DNA from: Anolis carolinensis
Lineage: Eukaryota
Assembly: GCF_035594765.1 (NCBI RefSeq)
Contig: NC_085842.1
Location: 128,601,036-128,665,035, forward strand
Reading direction: 5' to 3'
Length of the DNA stretch: 64,000 nt
The translations under genes and the position numbers were made by a program. Within the stretch, counting starts at the first letter, position 1, and each line of letters opens with the position of its first letter. The notes under the pieces were generated by a model. It ran no database searches. It saw only the letters and a program-made list of their open reading frames with translations, and was not told where the DNA came from. This document shows positions 1-22,486 of this stretch, piece by piece.

Positions 1-95
1 TGCTATAGCGTCCACTTTGGGAATCACTCGTCTAGTGCCTTTGTGCTGCTAGTGTGTTCTCACTACATTTCTCTTTCTGACACTTTTTAAGGCTT

Positions 96-170
96 TCTTT
101 GGAAGTGATGAAGTTGACGTTTGAGCATTGCAGTGATGTGTCTTGTGTTCGTACTGTCTGATCCAGAGAA
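96..170 (+). ncRNA. SNORD41: Box C/D snoRNA SNORD41 (U41) orthologue in TNPO2 intron
   Basis: C box GTGATGA 105-111, D box CTGA 158-161, terminal stem TTCTTTGGA/TCCAGAGAA, guide GTGTTCGTACTG upstream of the D box complementary to the recalled 28S rRNA segment CAGTACGAATAC. Ends match the recalled U41 (GGAAGTGATGA...TTCGTACTGxCTGATCC), which is hosted by TNPO2 in human. Confidence 0.88.
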
Positions 171-323
171 ATGCCCTGGTTTTTCACCTCAGAGGGTGCA
201 CTTAAGTTTATAATTAACCCAGTTTTATTTTTAAGTTCTGTGGGAGAAGATACGATAGACATGTTTAATATTGCTTTCATTTTGGCGCAAGCCCATTACT
301 TGTATTTTTGTAATTTTCTTTAG

Positions 324-11039
<10,716 letters not shown>

Positions 11040-11062
11040 GCGAAGCAGCAAAATCATAATCG

Positions 11063-11680
11063 GTGAGTCCCCATGCATTTGGAATTGCCTTATACTGGGA
11101 TCCTTGAATGGTAGAAAATGGCATGGAAGGATATAAAGTTAATTCATGTGTGGAACAAAGAAGGAGGGGATAAAATGAACAGCAATTGAAGCAGAAAACG
11201 GTCAATTTGACACTCAGTTATTTGAAGAATAAAAATAAGGAAATTAAGCAGTGAATATCATATCATGCCCGCAGTGTGGTTCAAGGAGATGGCCTAATGG
11301 AGCCATTTACTTTAGGTAGTGAGCACAGGTTCTGTCTACAGTAATTCCTTCCATCCTGCTATTGTTCATAATTCAGGCCTTCCATATACATGATTTGGTC
11401 CTGAAGTGATGTGGTAGTGCAGTAATACAAAATCTGCCATATCCCAAGGGTCTGTAAGTACTGCTGCAGAATTACAGTCAGTTTGTACAAATTGGCTGTG
11501 GTTCTGCTTTGCAGTGGAAGCAGAATAATGGAAGTACACTCCTGGACTGTGTGAAGAATCCTGTGACCAAGCTAGTTTCTGCAGGGTGGTTTGACATGTC
11601 GCTCAAATATCTTCTGGCTGCTTTTGATTCTACACACACACACATATATGTGTGTAATACTGCTTTTTCTGTTTCTTTAG
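11063..11680 (+). other. TNPO2: Probable 3'UTR intron of TNPO2; terminal exon starts at 11681
   Basis: Donor CG|GTGAGT 23 nt after the stop; pyrimidine tract plus TTTAG acceptor ending at 11680. Confidence 0.65.
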
Positions 11681-14587
11681 GTTCCTGTGTATGCTGGGAG
11701 GGATACTGGTAACTCGTCCACAACCCAGTGTTGCAGATCCCTGTTAATGGGGGGTTAGGGAGGACGGGCAGAGCATTGTGGGACATAAAATGACTTCGCT
11801 CCCCATCTCCTGAAATTTACAAAGTTGGGGGGAGGGTGGGCCTCCGTGACCAATTTAAACAAAAACCAGGGTATCTCACTGGCAGAAGGAAAGGTCTCTA
11901 CGCAGAGGCTATTGTTGGTGGAGAGGGGTGGGTGGGACTCGGCCCTAGGCTGAGAAAGGGGAGCAAACTTAAACTGCAACACTCTTGAGAAGGGGATCTA
12001 ACTAGGGGCCATCATAAAGGACTAGCTAATAATAATAAAGGGTAGGGTTTAAGATGTTAAAACAGGATTAAATGCTCTAATGGTTTAAAACCAGCTGATG
12101 AAGAGGGGTTAAAACTCAATTCAAGGGGGTTATACTACTGTATATTTCCAGTCACCGGTATTCAAGAGATCAGCTATTCTTCACCTTTTCAAGACTGCAT
12201 GGTGACCAAGAAGTAGACTAGCAAATCTGTGAGGTGCCCATAATGACTAAGTGTAAGCATTTTCATCTAGGAATCTTAAGGAAACCCACAAACCCTTTTT
12301 GCCATAGTTGCCATGGCACTGTGTGATGGATGTGATGCTCAGAGCAGGAACAGGCTCTGAGCTTATGGGGATCTGCCAGCCATATAGGCAGCAGTCCTTA
12401 TCATAAGAAATACTGTTGGAGAAGCATGTCTTTGTTTTTAAAGAAGACGCCACAGTGCAATGAATCTGTTACCCTGTTGTTCAGCTGTTACTTTGTGACA
12501 CTGCTATTACATTATGTGAGCTGTAGGAGGCAGTAGAGAGCAAGGAGGGACACTGAATTCCAACAGAGTGACCACATGGGCCTGGGCCAAAGGTGGGCAG
12601 AAACCACTGTGTACTTGATTCTTGTATGGCACATGGTATGTTCAGTGCTGCATTCTTGTGGCCAGAGTGGCATTAGTCCATTATAGTAATTTGCAGTTTC
12701 TGCTTTAAGGGAGATAATATGCCACATTGACCACTTCGGTTTACGAAAGAAGCAGTAAACGTAACCAAGTGTAGAGGAATTAATAAACTAATGCCCTCCA
12801 TGCATGGCTAGTGGAAGCTTGTGGCTCTTGCTGCATGCTTAGTGGAGTTGCTGTCTTAAGGAATTCTCATTAGACCCAAATCGGTTTAGTCCCCAGAAAG
12901 AGAATCTGGGGTTTGCTGAATGCATTTGACTTAGTGAAGCCATAGCTTTTTAATAGTAAATGAAGCAGTTGTGAAATAGAAACCAGCTTATTTTCCCAAA
13001 GGCAGTTAGGATGTGTGGGGAAGGAGACTGCATCTGAGGAAAGCAGTGTTTATGGAAGAGAAGACTGTTAGGGAAAAAGGCACCAGAACATTCTGCAGAA
13101 TGTGCACAAGGACGTGTTTGCCAGCAGGCAGGATGCCGAGAAGAGAGGACTACGGGAGCTGAGCCACATCCGCAGCTGTATTCTAAGCATATCCTGGTGG
13201 AACTTCGGCATCATCTGGGCTGGTAGCCGAACAACCAGGCTGACTGCACTACATATCCTGTATTGCTTAGTTGGTTGTAAAGCAAAATGGTGGGACTGCA
13301 TGAGTACTCAAGATGCATATGGCAGAGAACGGACATCCCTTTTCTGGGTTAAGGAGATGCTATTTTGACAGCAATTGATGGTGACACTCTGGACACTGTG
13401 AAGCGAATGTTTGAAAGTGTATTGAGATTGCTCAGTAACTTAAACTTTGTGATAATCACCTGCTTGTTTTTCTTTTCATCCTTGGCCTCTGTTTCACATG
13501 ACAGCGCTTGCAGTTCCTGGAGCTTTCTCACAAAACTTGCTGGGGCATTACAATACAGGCTCTGGGGCCCTGAAGCCCCTTTTTGGCTTGGAAACAGCAC
13601 ATGCTCAAGTGAGTGCTGCCATTCTGCTGCTCTTTTTGGTTCAGATGGTTGGGGCACACTCCTGCACTCTTCCAGAATAACGTTTTTCAAAGAAATGATA
13701 GTATACTTGCAAATGCATTCCTTATTTGTCTTTTTTAATGGTGTGGAACTTGAGCGGGTCTCTGAAAGCAATGAGCTAGTTCTTTGCATTTTAATGGTTT
13801 TATTACAAGTGCTCCCTTACGATTCACTCTAAACTTTTCCTATCATGGGAGGAGTGAAAACAGAGGGTTCTCTTTGAGCAACAGTTTGTTTTTAAATGCA
13901 TGAGCAAGAAATGTGCACGGATAGCAAGTAAGGTCCAGTTGTGCTTCTAAACTATGTGCCTAGGAATACAAAAAGAAGGCTGTGAACACTTCATCCAGTG
14001 AAGTTTAAGCTACTTGGCCTGACTGCCCCTTGAAATAGAATTTCTTTTGTACGAGTGCTTCTAGTATTGCCTCCTGTTTGTTAATCCTGGATTTGTATAT
14101 TTGTAAATGTGCCGTAATGTTTCCAGTGGTGGAACTGCAGTGTACCTAGTGTTGAAGCAGCTGCTTGCACCTTGCTCAAATGAGATTTTTCTCATTTTCT
14201 GTACAATTTTTTTGTCAACTAAAGAAGACCTTGTGACTCAAGTTTCTGTGTTTCTGGCTATTTTCTTTGTCTCAACGGGATGTAATGTTTTGTATTGTCC
14301 ACAAGTTACAAACAACCGACTTAAAAATGACTCATAGTTAAGAACGGGAGAGAGACAACAGAAAGTGAGAGAAATCTACCCCTCGGAAGGGAAATTCACT
14401 CCTGAAAAAGTTACAATGGGAGGGAAGTGTCTCTTGAAGCTTTCTCTCCTAGCCTTATTTCCACAAGCCAAATTTTTCAAAATCCAATTATCACACGGAC
14501 AGAAAATGAGGTGAAATCTTCTGAACAGGGATGCAGACAGCAAAACAAACACCACAGGGGTGCTAACTCCTCCCTATACTATCCAAA

Positions 14588-14750
14588 ATAGTGGCGCAAT
14601 GGGTTAAACCCTTGTGCCGGCTGAACTACGGACCTGAAGGCTGGGTTGCTGACCTGAAGGTTACCAGTTCAAATCTGCAAGATGGGGTGAGCTCCCGTCT
14701 TGTCAGCTCTAGCTTTCAGGGACATGAGAAGCCTCCCAGCTAACACATTC
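14588..14750 (+). mobile_element. Sauria-type SINE 5' fragment
   Basis: GTGGCGCAATGGGTTAAACC A-box head and GCTGACCTGAAGG...GAGCTCCCGTCT body as in the other copies. Confidence 0.65.
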
Positions 14751-14754
14751 CAGC

Positions 14755-14935
14755 TTCTCCATGGTGTCCGTGAAATCGCACATATGGGTTTACTTTGCAT
14801 GTGTGCAATGCAGTTTGGAACCTTCTAGATCTTTTCTATTGAAACATCTTGATGTTCCGCCGACTCTCCCAGAGAGTATACTGTATATGCCCAAAGGCGG
14901 GGCTTCAGCCTCCGTTCTCTTTTTCCGCATTGACC
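14755..14935 (+). mobile_element. DIRS left-ITR fragment (related subfamily); GC-rich decayed sequence to ~15830 may be its ORF1 remnant
   Basis: GAAATCGCACATATGGG...TTTGGAACCTTCTAGA...GAGTATA...GCCC...GGCGGGGCT is collinear with the ITR at 55661-55840. Confidence 0.7.
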
Positions 14936-15919
14936 AGCTAGGAACCTTCAGTTTGTGCCTTTTTAACTTTTTCTCTAACAGCTTCTGGACTTTGTTTTTG
15001 CTACCTCTTTCTATTCCTGACTCTATGCGCTGTTTTTATTATGCCTGGGGGAGGGCGATGTTGCTCGGGCCTGTGCCATCTGCCAGGCCTTTACCCCCTA
15101 GGCAAGGCGCATGAGAGAATCCATTTTAAAAGTGTTCTTCTATGAGCAATCTTTGGTGCCAATAGCCGCGCACCAGGCCAAGTGCCTGGCTCCAGACCTT
15201 TCTGCCCTGGATGGCATGCCCCTGTGAGGATTGAGCCCCCTCCATCCTCCATGGGTCAGAAGGCCTGGGGCAAGAAGCTTTGGCGCCAAACGGCAGTGCG
15301 TCCAGCTGAGTGCCCAGCATCAGACCGTTCTTCCCAGGAGGACATGCCCCTGCAAGGCTTGGGCCCTCCACACTCCCATGGGTTGGAAGGCTCGGGGCAG
15401 TGGGAAGGAACCCCTGTGCGGAAGTGGGGACCCCCGCAAGAGCCAGCTGCACAAGCGGCAAAACAGGCTGATGTGCCATGCCCAACGTCACTGGCAATCT
15501 GGGGGAAGAACAGAAGAAGTGCAGAAAAACAAGCCACTGGCTGGCTTAAGATCTAAGGGCTCCTCCCTCCCGGAATGGCAAATAGCCCAAATGCTCACAT
15601 ACTACCAGCAGCATTGCCCTGTTTCAGCGGCCTAAGATGCTACAACCTATCCCAGCTGAGTCCCAGCGACACCAGGGCCCCAGGAACATGGCTGCCAACC
15701 GCATGGCAGAGCCCATGCAGGCAGCACCGTTGGAGCTTGGTGAAGAGGGCCCTGCTCACACCCTGCTGCCTTTGTATATGATTGCAGCCTCAGCGGGAAT
15801 ATACCATCCCATCTTTATATGGAGAGGAAAAGTAGGATATGAATAATAATAACTACTACTACTACTGTCCCGATCCCACTACAGGGGCCACTCACTGTCA
15901 CGCTATTCTCTGCGTCAAG

Positions 15920-16760
15920 ACAAAGATCCACCCAGAGGAAAGGTGTTCTTATCATACATCAAGGGAACCACTGACTGCATAGGCAAAGTGATGAAGCACG
16001 ACCTACAAACCATCTACAGACCCACAAAGAAAATCCAACAAATGCTACGGTCAGCGAAGGACAAGAGGGATCCTCTCACCTCTGCAGAAGTCTACCGGAT
16101 ACCATGCAGCTGTGGACAAGTATATATAGGGACCACCAAACGCAGCGCCCAAACAAGAGTCAAAGAACATGAAAGGCACTGCAGACTAATTCAACCAGAG
16201 AAATGAGCCATAGCAGAGCACTTGATGAACCAACCTGGACACAGTATATTATTTGAGAACACAGAAATGCTTGACCACTCCAACAACTATCATGTCAGAC
16301 TACACAGAGAAGCCATTGAAATCCACAAGCATGTGAACAACTTCAACAGAAAGGAGGAAACCATGAAAATGAACAAAATCTGGCTACCAGTATTAAAAAA
16401 CTCAAAAATCAGAACAGTAAATAAGAAGCAACACTCTGATACATGGGAACTAGGGGCAGTTAACAAAGAATGCCCCCAGGCAGAAAGTACCTAGATGTAC
16501 CTAGATTCAATGCAAATTAGGGTGATTAACTGGAACATTTAAGCTGGCTTCCAACTGACAAGAGTTCTTTCCTCACCCTGGGCTTCCCACAGATATATAT
16601 AAACAGTCCTTGCTTAGTTTTTCCCTACCTAACAACCTCTGAGGATGCCTGCCATAGATGTGGGTGAAACGTCAGGAGAGAATACTTCTGGAACATGGCC
16701 ACACAGCCCGAAAGACATACAACAACCCTGTGATCTCGGCCATGAAAGCCTTCGACAACA
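15920..16760 (+). mobile_element. Penelope-like element 3' part (GIY-YIG endonuclease plus pLTR with hammerhead motif)
   Basis: ORFs read VYRIPCSCGQVYIGTTKR...RVKEH and HREAIEIHKH...NFNRKE (GIY-YIG); in-frame stop at 16204-16206. Confidence 0.9.
16636..16677 (+). ncRNA. Minimal type-I hammerhead ribozyme motif in Penelope pLTR
   Basis: CCT-CTGAGGA-T-GCCTGC-CATAGAT-GTGGGT-GAAA-C-GTC-AGG: CUGANGA core, stem II, GAAA, palindromic mini stem III, GUC cleavage triplet, stem I CCT/AGG. Confidence 0.7.
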
Positions 16761-17609
16761 AATTATGGGCTTTGCTGTTGCCATGCATGCCACCAAGACT
16801 ATGGACACTATGGGCAATATGATTCTCTTTTTTGATTCCTCCCCCATCAGTCACACTGTCGTGCCCTTTGTCACTACCAGTGCTCAAGGATCAGTGACCC
16901 CCAATCTCTTCCCTCAGCTTCCAACTACAGAGTAGAAGACCACAACTCAGAGGCGTCTGGGGATGCCCAAGGGGATCTTCCCCCTGCCGATTTTCAAGGG
17001 GACTTAGAGCCACCCTCTTTGGACAGCCCCTGAAACTTCTCAGCTCTGCTGACTTGCTTGGCATGGGCATTTCTACGCATTCCTCAACTGTTAACTGTGG
17101 TAGGGGATCCTGTGTTTCCTCTCAGCAGCTAATGGCAGTAGCTGAAGCGCCCCCCCCCCTTTGTCTTTTACAACTGAAATTCTGTAGTGTTGGATGTAAG
17201 CCAGCCTCATTCCTCTAAAAAAAGGTGGAAAAAAAAGGTAGAGTTAGACTTACATACAAGTTCAACTTAAGAACAAACCTACAGAACCTATTGTATTTGT
17301 AACTTGGGGACTGCCTGTAATGAACATCATTAGTGTAGTATGCCAAAAACGTTCAACTATTTACCTATTCTTCAGTGAGATAAATACTTTTGCTATTATA
17401 CTGCTTTGTTTTGACTCCACTGTCTTCCATAGTATCAGCAGTTATCCATTTATTCCATTTGTGGGGGCTCTTTCTCCCAGACAAAAACAGCAAGTTAAAA
17501 GCCTGTTGTACACAATGTTAAAAATCATGTAATACATTTTAAAATCAATTACAAAATTCCCCTATCTACAGACCCACTAAAAATCCAATAAATGCTACAT
17601 TCCGCAAAG

Positions 17610-18072
17610 GACATGAGGGATCCTCTCACCTCTGCAGGCCTCTATCCTATACCCTGCAGCTGTGGACAAGTCTACATAGGGACCACCAAATGTAGCGCCC
17701 AGACACTAATCAAGGAACAAAATCTGGCTACCCGTTTTTTAAAAACGCTAAAATCAGGACAGTAAATAAAGAACAACACTCTGAAAAAGAGGAATTCCAG
17801 ACATGAAACCAAATCAGGGGCATTCCCCCTGGCAGGAATCAGCCAGCCTTTGAAGCTACAAGGCTTTTCAATGCTAATCAAGGTGGCCAATTGCAACATT
17901 CACACTGGCGTCCAACAGACGAGTTCTTTCTCCAACCCTTGACCTTCCACAGATTCCAGTTTTCAACAGACCTTACAACCTCTGAGGGTGTCTGCCATAG
18001 ACGTAGGCGAATGGTCAGGAGAGAATGCTTCTGAAACATGGCCATACAGCCCGGAAAACTCACAGCAACCCA
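17610..18072 (+). mobile_element. Deleted Penelope fragment
   Basis: GAGGGATCCTCTCACCTCTGCAG...CAGCTGTGGACAAG and the pLTR match the 15920-16760 copy. Confidence 0.8.
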
Positions 18073-18089
18073 GCCTACCGGCTGTTAGG

Positions 18090-18610
18090 AATGGTGGGAG
18101 TTGGAATCCAAAACAGCGGGAAGGCCCATGTCTGCACCAAATGAACGCGGGCTTTGTTTTGGCGGAATAGAAGTGGCCCCAGGTCGCCTCGCCGACGGAG
18201 GAAGCTTCCCATAAAGGGCTGCGTCGCCATGGAGCAGCGAAGCCTCAGAGGAAGGACGGGCTTGTGTCGTCATCGCCTTGCGCCGGAAGTAGATTTTCTC
18301 TAGGCGACGGGACGCGGAAGGCGCTGAGGGGCGGAAGCGTCTTTTCCTTGAAGGCTGTCGTGCCGGGATGAGCAGAGGGTGAGGCGTGCGGTTGGCCGGG
18401 CCTCGCAGCGAAGGACTCGAGAAAGCCGGGAGAAGAGGAGAGGCAGAGAAAGAGTAGAGAAGAGAGGATCTGCTTCCGCCTCCCCGCAACAAGCCTTGCC
18501 GTTTCTGTCAGTCAGCATCGCCTTGGCTTTCAGTAGGTCTCCAGTGCGTGTGTGTGTCTGTCGGGGGGGGGGGGGGGGGTGCTTGCTGTCGTGAGGCGGC
18601 CCTGAGTCTG
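18090..18610 (+). promoter_or_regulatory. FBXW9: CpG-island promoter and probable non-coding first exon of FBXW9
   Basis: CpG-rich tract; ETS-type CCGGAAGT at 18283-18290; YY1-like CGCCATGG; candidate donor GAGG|GTGAGG near 18378. Confidence 0.7.
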
Positions 18611-18656
18611 CAAGATCTGAAGAGGACAAGAATAAAATAACTTGATTGATGGCCAA

Positions 18657-19430
18657 GATCCTGACGTTCCGCCCACATCTATGACAGGCATCCTCAAAGG
18701 TTGTGAGGTCTGTTGGAAACTGCGCAAGTAGGGTTTATATATCCGTGGAATGCCCAGGGTGGGGAAAAGAACTCTTGTCTGTTGGAGGCAAGTGTGAATG
18801 TTTCAATTGGTCAGCTTGATTAGCATTGAATGGCCTTGCAGCCTCAAAGCCTGGCTGCTTCCTGCATGTGGGAATCCTTTGTTGGGAGGTGTTAGCTGGG
18901 CCTGATTTTTTTTTTCCTGTCTGGAATTCCTTTGTTTTCAGAGTGTTGTTCCTTATTTACTGTCCTGATTTTAGTGTTTTTGAGTGCTGGTAGCCAGATT
19001 TTGTTCATTTTCATGGTTTCCTCCTTTCTGTTGAAATTGTCCACATGCTTGTGGATTTCAGTGGCTTCTCTGTGTAGTCTGACATGATAGTTATTAGAGT
19101 GGTCCAGGATTTCCGTGTTCTCAAATAATATCTATGTCCAGGTTGGTTCACCAAGTGCTGTGCTATGTCTGATTCAATGCTAATCAAGCTGGCCAGTTGC
19201 TACATTCACACTTGCCTCCAACAGGAAAAAGTTCTTTCTCCCACCCTGGACATTCCACAGGTATATAAACCCCACTTGTCTAGTTTCCAACAGACTTCAC
19301 AACATCTGACGATGCCAGCCATAGATGTGGGCGAAATATCAGGAGAGAATGCTTCTGGAACATGGCCAGACAGCCCGGAAAATTCACAGCAACCCAGTGA
19401 TTCCAGCCATTAAAGTCTTCAACAACACAA
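18657..19430. mobile_element. Penelope fragment with inverted pLTR (minus 18657-19168, plus 19170-19430)
   Basis: Reverse-complement match to the Penelope endonuclease end and pLTR, followed directly by a forward pLTR copy. Confidence 0.8.
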
Positions 19431-19687
19431 CTTTATTGTCATTGTAGTATTTCACAATGAAATTAAACGCCTTCCCCAGCACACACCACAAAACAACACA
19501 CTCATCCCTCTACACCCCACCACCACCATACAGTTCCCAATGCCACATCAGTGCAAACCCATGGAGTTTAGTATAGCCACAGTATAGCAAGGATAAAAGC
19601 TCTCTCAGTCAGTCTGTCCTTGTCTTTCTCACCCTGTACTGTCTGCCAGGTGGCAATTTTTTAAAAAAGAACATGCAATTGAGGGCA

Positions 19688-19881
19688 GGGTGCTTCTACA
19701 CTGGAGAATGAATGCTTTAACTGCCTTGGCTTAATGCCATGGAATCCTGAGAGCTGTAGTTTGGTGAGGCGCCAGCACTCTTTTAGCAAAGAAGTCTAAA
19801 GACCTGATAAAACTACAGCACTGAGCCATGACAGTTAAAACGCTGTCAAACTGCATTCATTCTACAGTATAGATGCACCCC
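19688..19881. mobile_element. Small MITE with terminal inverted repeats
   Basis: GGGTGCTTCTACACTGGAGAATGAATGC ... GCATTCATTCTACAGTATAGATGCACCC. Confidence 0.6.
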
Positions 19882-21555
19882 TGGAGACCTCCAATTCATA
19901 GGGTTGCCTTTAGTTGAACTCAACAAGAAACTTATCTGAGTCTCGGTGGCTGTGTAGATGAAACTTCTCAGAAGAACACATTGCTTGTTCTTGAACTAAC
20001 TTCACTTCTCATGATTTTAGAAGCATCCACTTCTAAAAGTTATGGATAAGGAAGGAATCGTGTCCACGGTCTTCATTTTTCTTCCAGCCACAGGTTCTTT
20101 TGAAGGTCTGAGCAGAGTCTGTGTGAAGACATCTTGTTCCCAGTGACTAAGGATGTGAAATTTGCAGCCGTTTGGAGTTTTCAGATCTGTCACAAGATAT
20201 GCCACTGCCTAAGGCCAAAGAGAAGCAAGTGTTCCCCTCTTGTCTCCATAGAGAACCAAACTGGACAGTCTTTTTAATCTTCAACTCTCGCAATTAGGTA
20301 GGGCCTTCCACTTCCTAACCTGAGCACAGCAAGGATAGCTCTGGTGCAAAGAAGCATGTGGTCTTTCTGAAGAGTGAAGTTCCCAGACATTTTTAGAATA
20401 AACAGTCTCCAGAATTCCCCAAAGTGACTCATGACTATACATACTGGTTTGTGGATTCTGGGAAATGTAGTCAAGAATAGGGATTTTTGCAGGTGCTGTA
20501 CTATATCTGATGGTATGATTGTCCTTTCGAGTTCTGCTTAAGTAGGATTGTTTCTGACCTTCAGAGAGAAACATATGGAGGCCAGAACAAAACTGATGTG
20601 CAATCTCACTCTTGCCCTTATTGCCATTCACATATACTGTAACAATCGGAATAGGAATAAGGTCTGGTGAGAGCCTCTGAATTGCTTTTCATGACGTCAG
20701 ACTCTTGTCTGTTTATTTTTTTTTATATTACTTGTTTGTAAATCTTCCTAAGAAAAGCCTAAAGGTTGTTCTTATGAATATTTTTGTTTTAAAACTTTAG
20801 TCTTGATGCCTAATAATAATAATAACAACAACAACAACAACAACAATAAGAATCATTTTATTTCTTACCCACCTCTCCCCACGGCTTGAGGCGGGTCACA
20901 TCAGTTAAAAACACACAAATACTATAAAATTCTACAAACTCACATTAACATTCATTTCCATAAAAGATAAAAATCAAATAATTTATGTTAAATACACATT
21001 AATCACACAAGACAGAGACCAAAACACATGACATGAGTTTAAAATCCATGCTTAGAGACTGGCTGAGTAGGCCTGCTGGAAAAGATGGGTCTTTACATGG
21101 TTTTTAAATTTTGGCAGCCGATCTAGTTGTCGGAGGTCTACTGGCAGGTCGTTCTACAGTCTTGGGGCGGCTGATGAAAATGAGCACAACCAGTGCAAAA
21201 ATGTTAGATATCACTTATATTTCATAGGGTATATTGCCTTGTGAAAGATGCAGAAATTTATACTGATACCAAAACACTATACAGTATCTGCTGGGGTTTG
21301 GTTCCTGGAAATCGCCCTCCTCCCCAATGGATACCCAAATCCATGGATTATTCAGTTCAATTATATACATTGGCATAATATAATGAGTCCCTTGCATAAA
21401 ATGGCAAAATCAAGGTTTGCTTTTGGGATTTTTTAAATCTGTGGATGCAACATTTTTGATGCTATGGATGAAAGAATCCATGGATATAAGGGGCTGGTTG
21501 TATGCTTCTAGTTGTACGTTTTCTTAACAGTACTCTTTCTATTTTGCATGTAGCT

Positions 21556-22318
21556 ATGAATCCTGAACCAGATTTGGATACTGAAGAACAAGGCTCTGAG
21601 GATGACTCTGACACAGAAAATAGTTCCGATCCAGACACCCAGGCCCAGGAGTATGTTGACCGTGTTCTTAGGTCTTCAGACCAGCCCAGTCAAGCATCTA
21701 AGTGTCTGCCTCCTGAATCTCTCTCAGTCGAAGAGGGATCACAGGACGTGGAGAAGAAGTCTCTTCCTTTGGACCTAAAAAAGTCTCCTGTTACCGATGA
21801 GGCAGCTTCAAGGCTATTATCTCTTCCTCTGGAGCTTATCTTGAAAATCTGTTCGTACCTTCAGGCCAGGTTTGTCTTGGGTGTCCTTCCTTTGGTCTGC
21901 AAGACACTAAGGGACATTGTGCAGGATGACATCACTTGGAGAATTCGTCTGCTAAAGAAGATTGGCAGCTGCTATCCAGTTGTGAAAGGTGAGTGGCCTC
22001 TTAGTCTTTTATCTAGTCTCTCACTAATGTAAATACAATTTAGCTTTTCCAAAATAATGTTTCTTGTGTTTGATAAGATTTTGACTCTAGTTGGCCATGT
22101 CCACTCTGAAGCTCTGGTCATTGGTATATTGAAATCTTTGATGGAGCATATTGAAACTGGATTTTAACTTTTGTGGATTGTTTTGAACTGTATGTTCTTG
22201 GTTTTTTTATGTTTATTACTTTTATTATGTTCACGTTGTTGTATGGTCAATTGAATGTTTTGCTTTATGTTGGAAACCGCTCTGAATCCTGAGGAGATAG
22301 GGCGGTATATAAATAACA

Positions 22319-22361
<43 letters not shown>

Positions 22362-22429
22362 ACTAGTTGGAGAGCTGGTATTTGTGTAGGAGATTTCATG
22401 TTGGGAGAAACAAACAAGAATAAGCTTCC

Positions 22430-22486
<57 letters not shown>

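Larger units (their letters stand above)
14296..17317. mobile_element. Tc1/mariner (pogo/Tigger-like) non-autonomous element, split by nested insertions
   Basis: Right TIR ...GTAACTTGGGGACTGCCTG|TA at 17317; degenerate left TIR GTCCACAAGTTACAAACAA at ~14297. Confidence 0.55.

Noticed and set aside
13349-13832. Overlapping 146-155 aa ORFs in the TNPO2 3'UTR
   Set aside because: No recognisable domains or splice structure.
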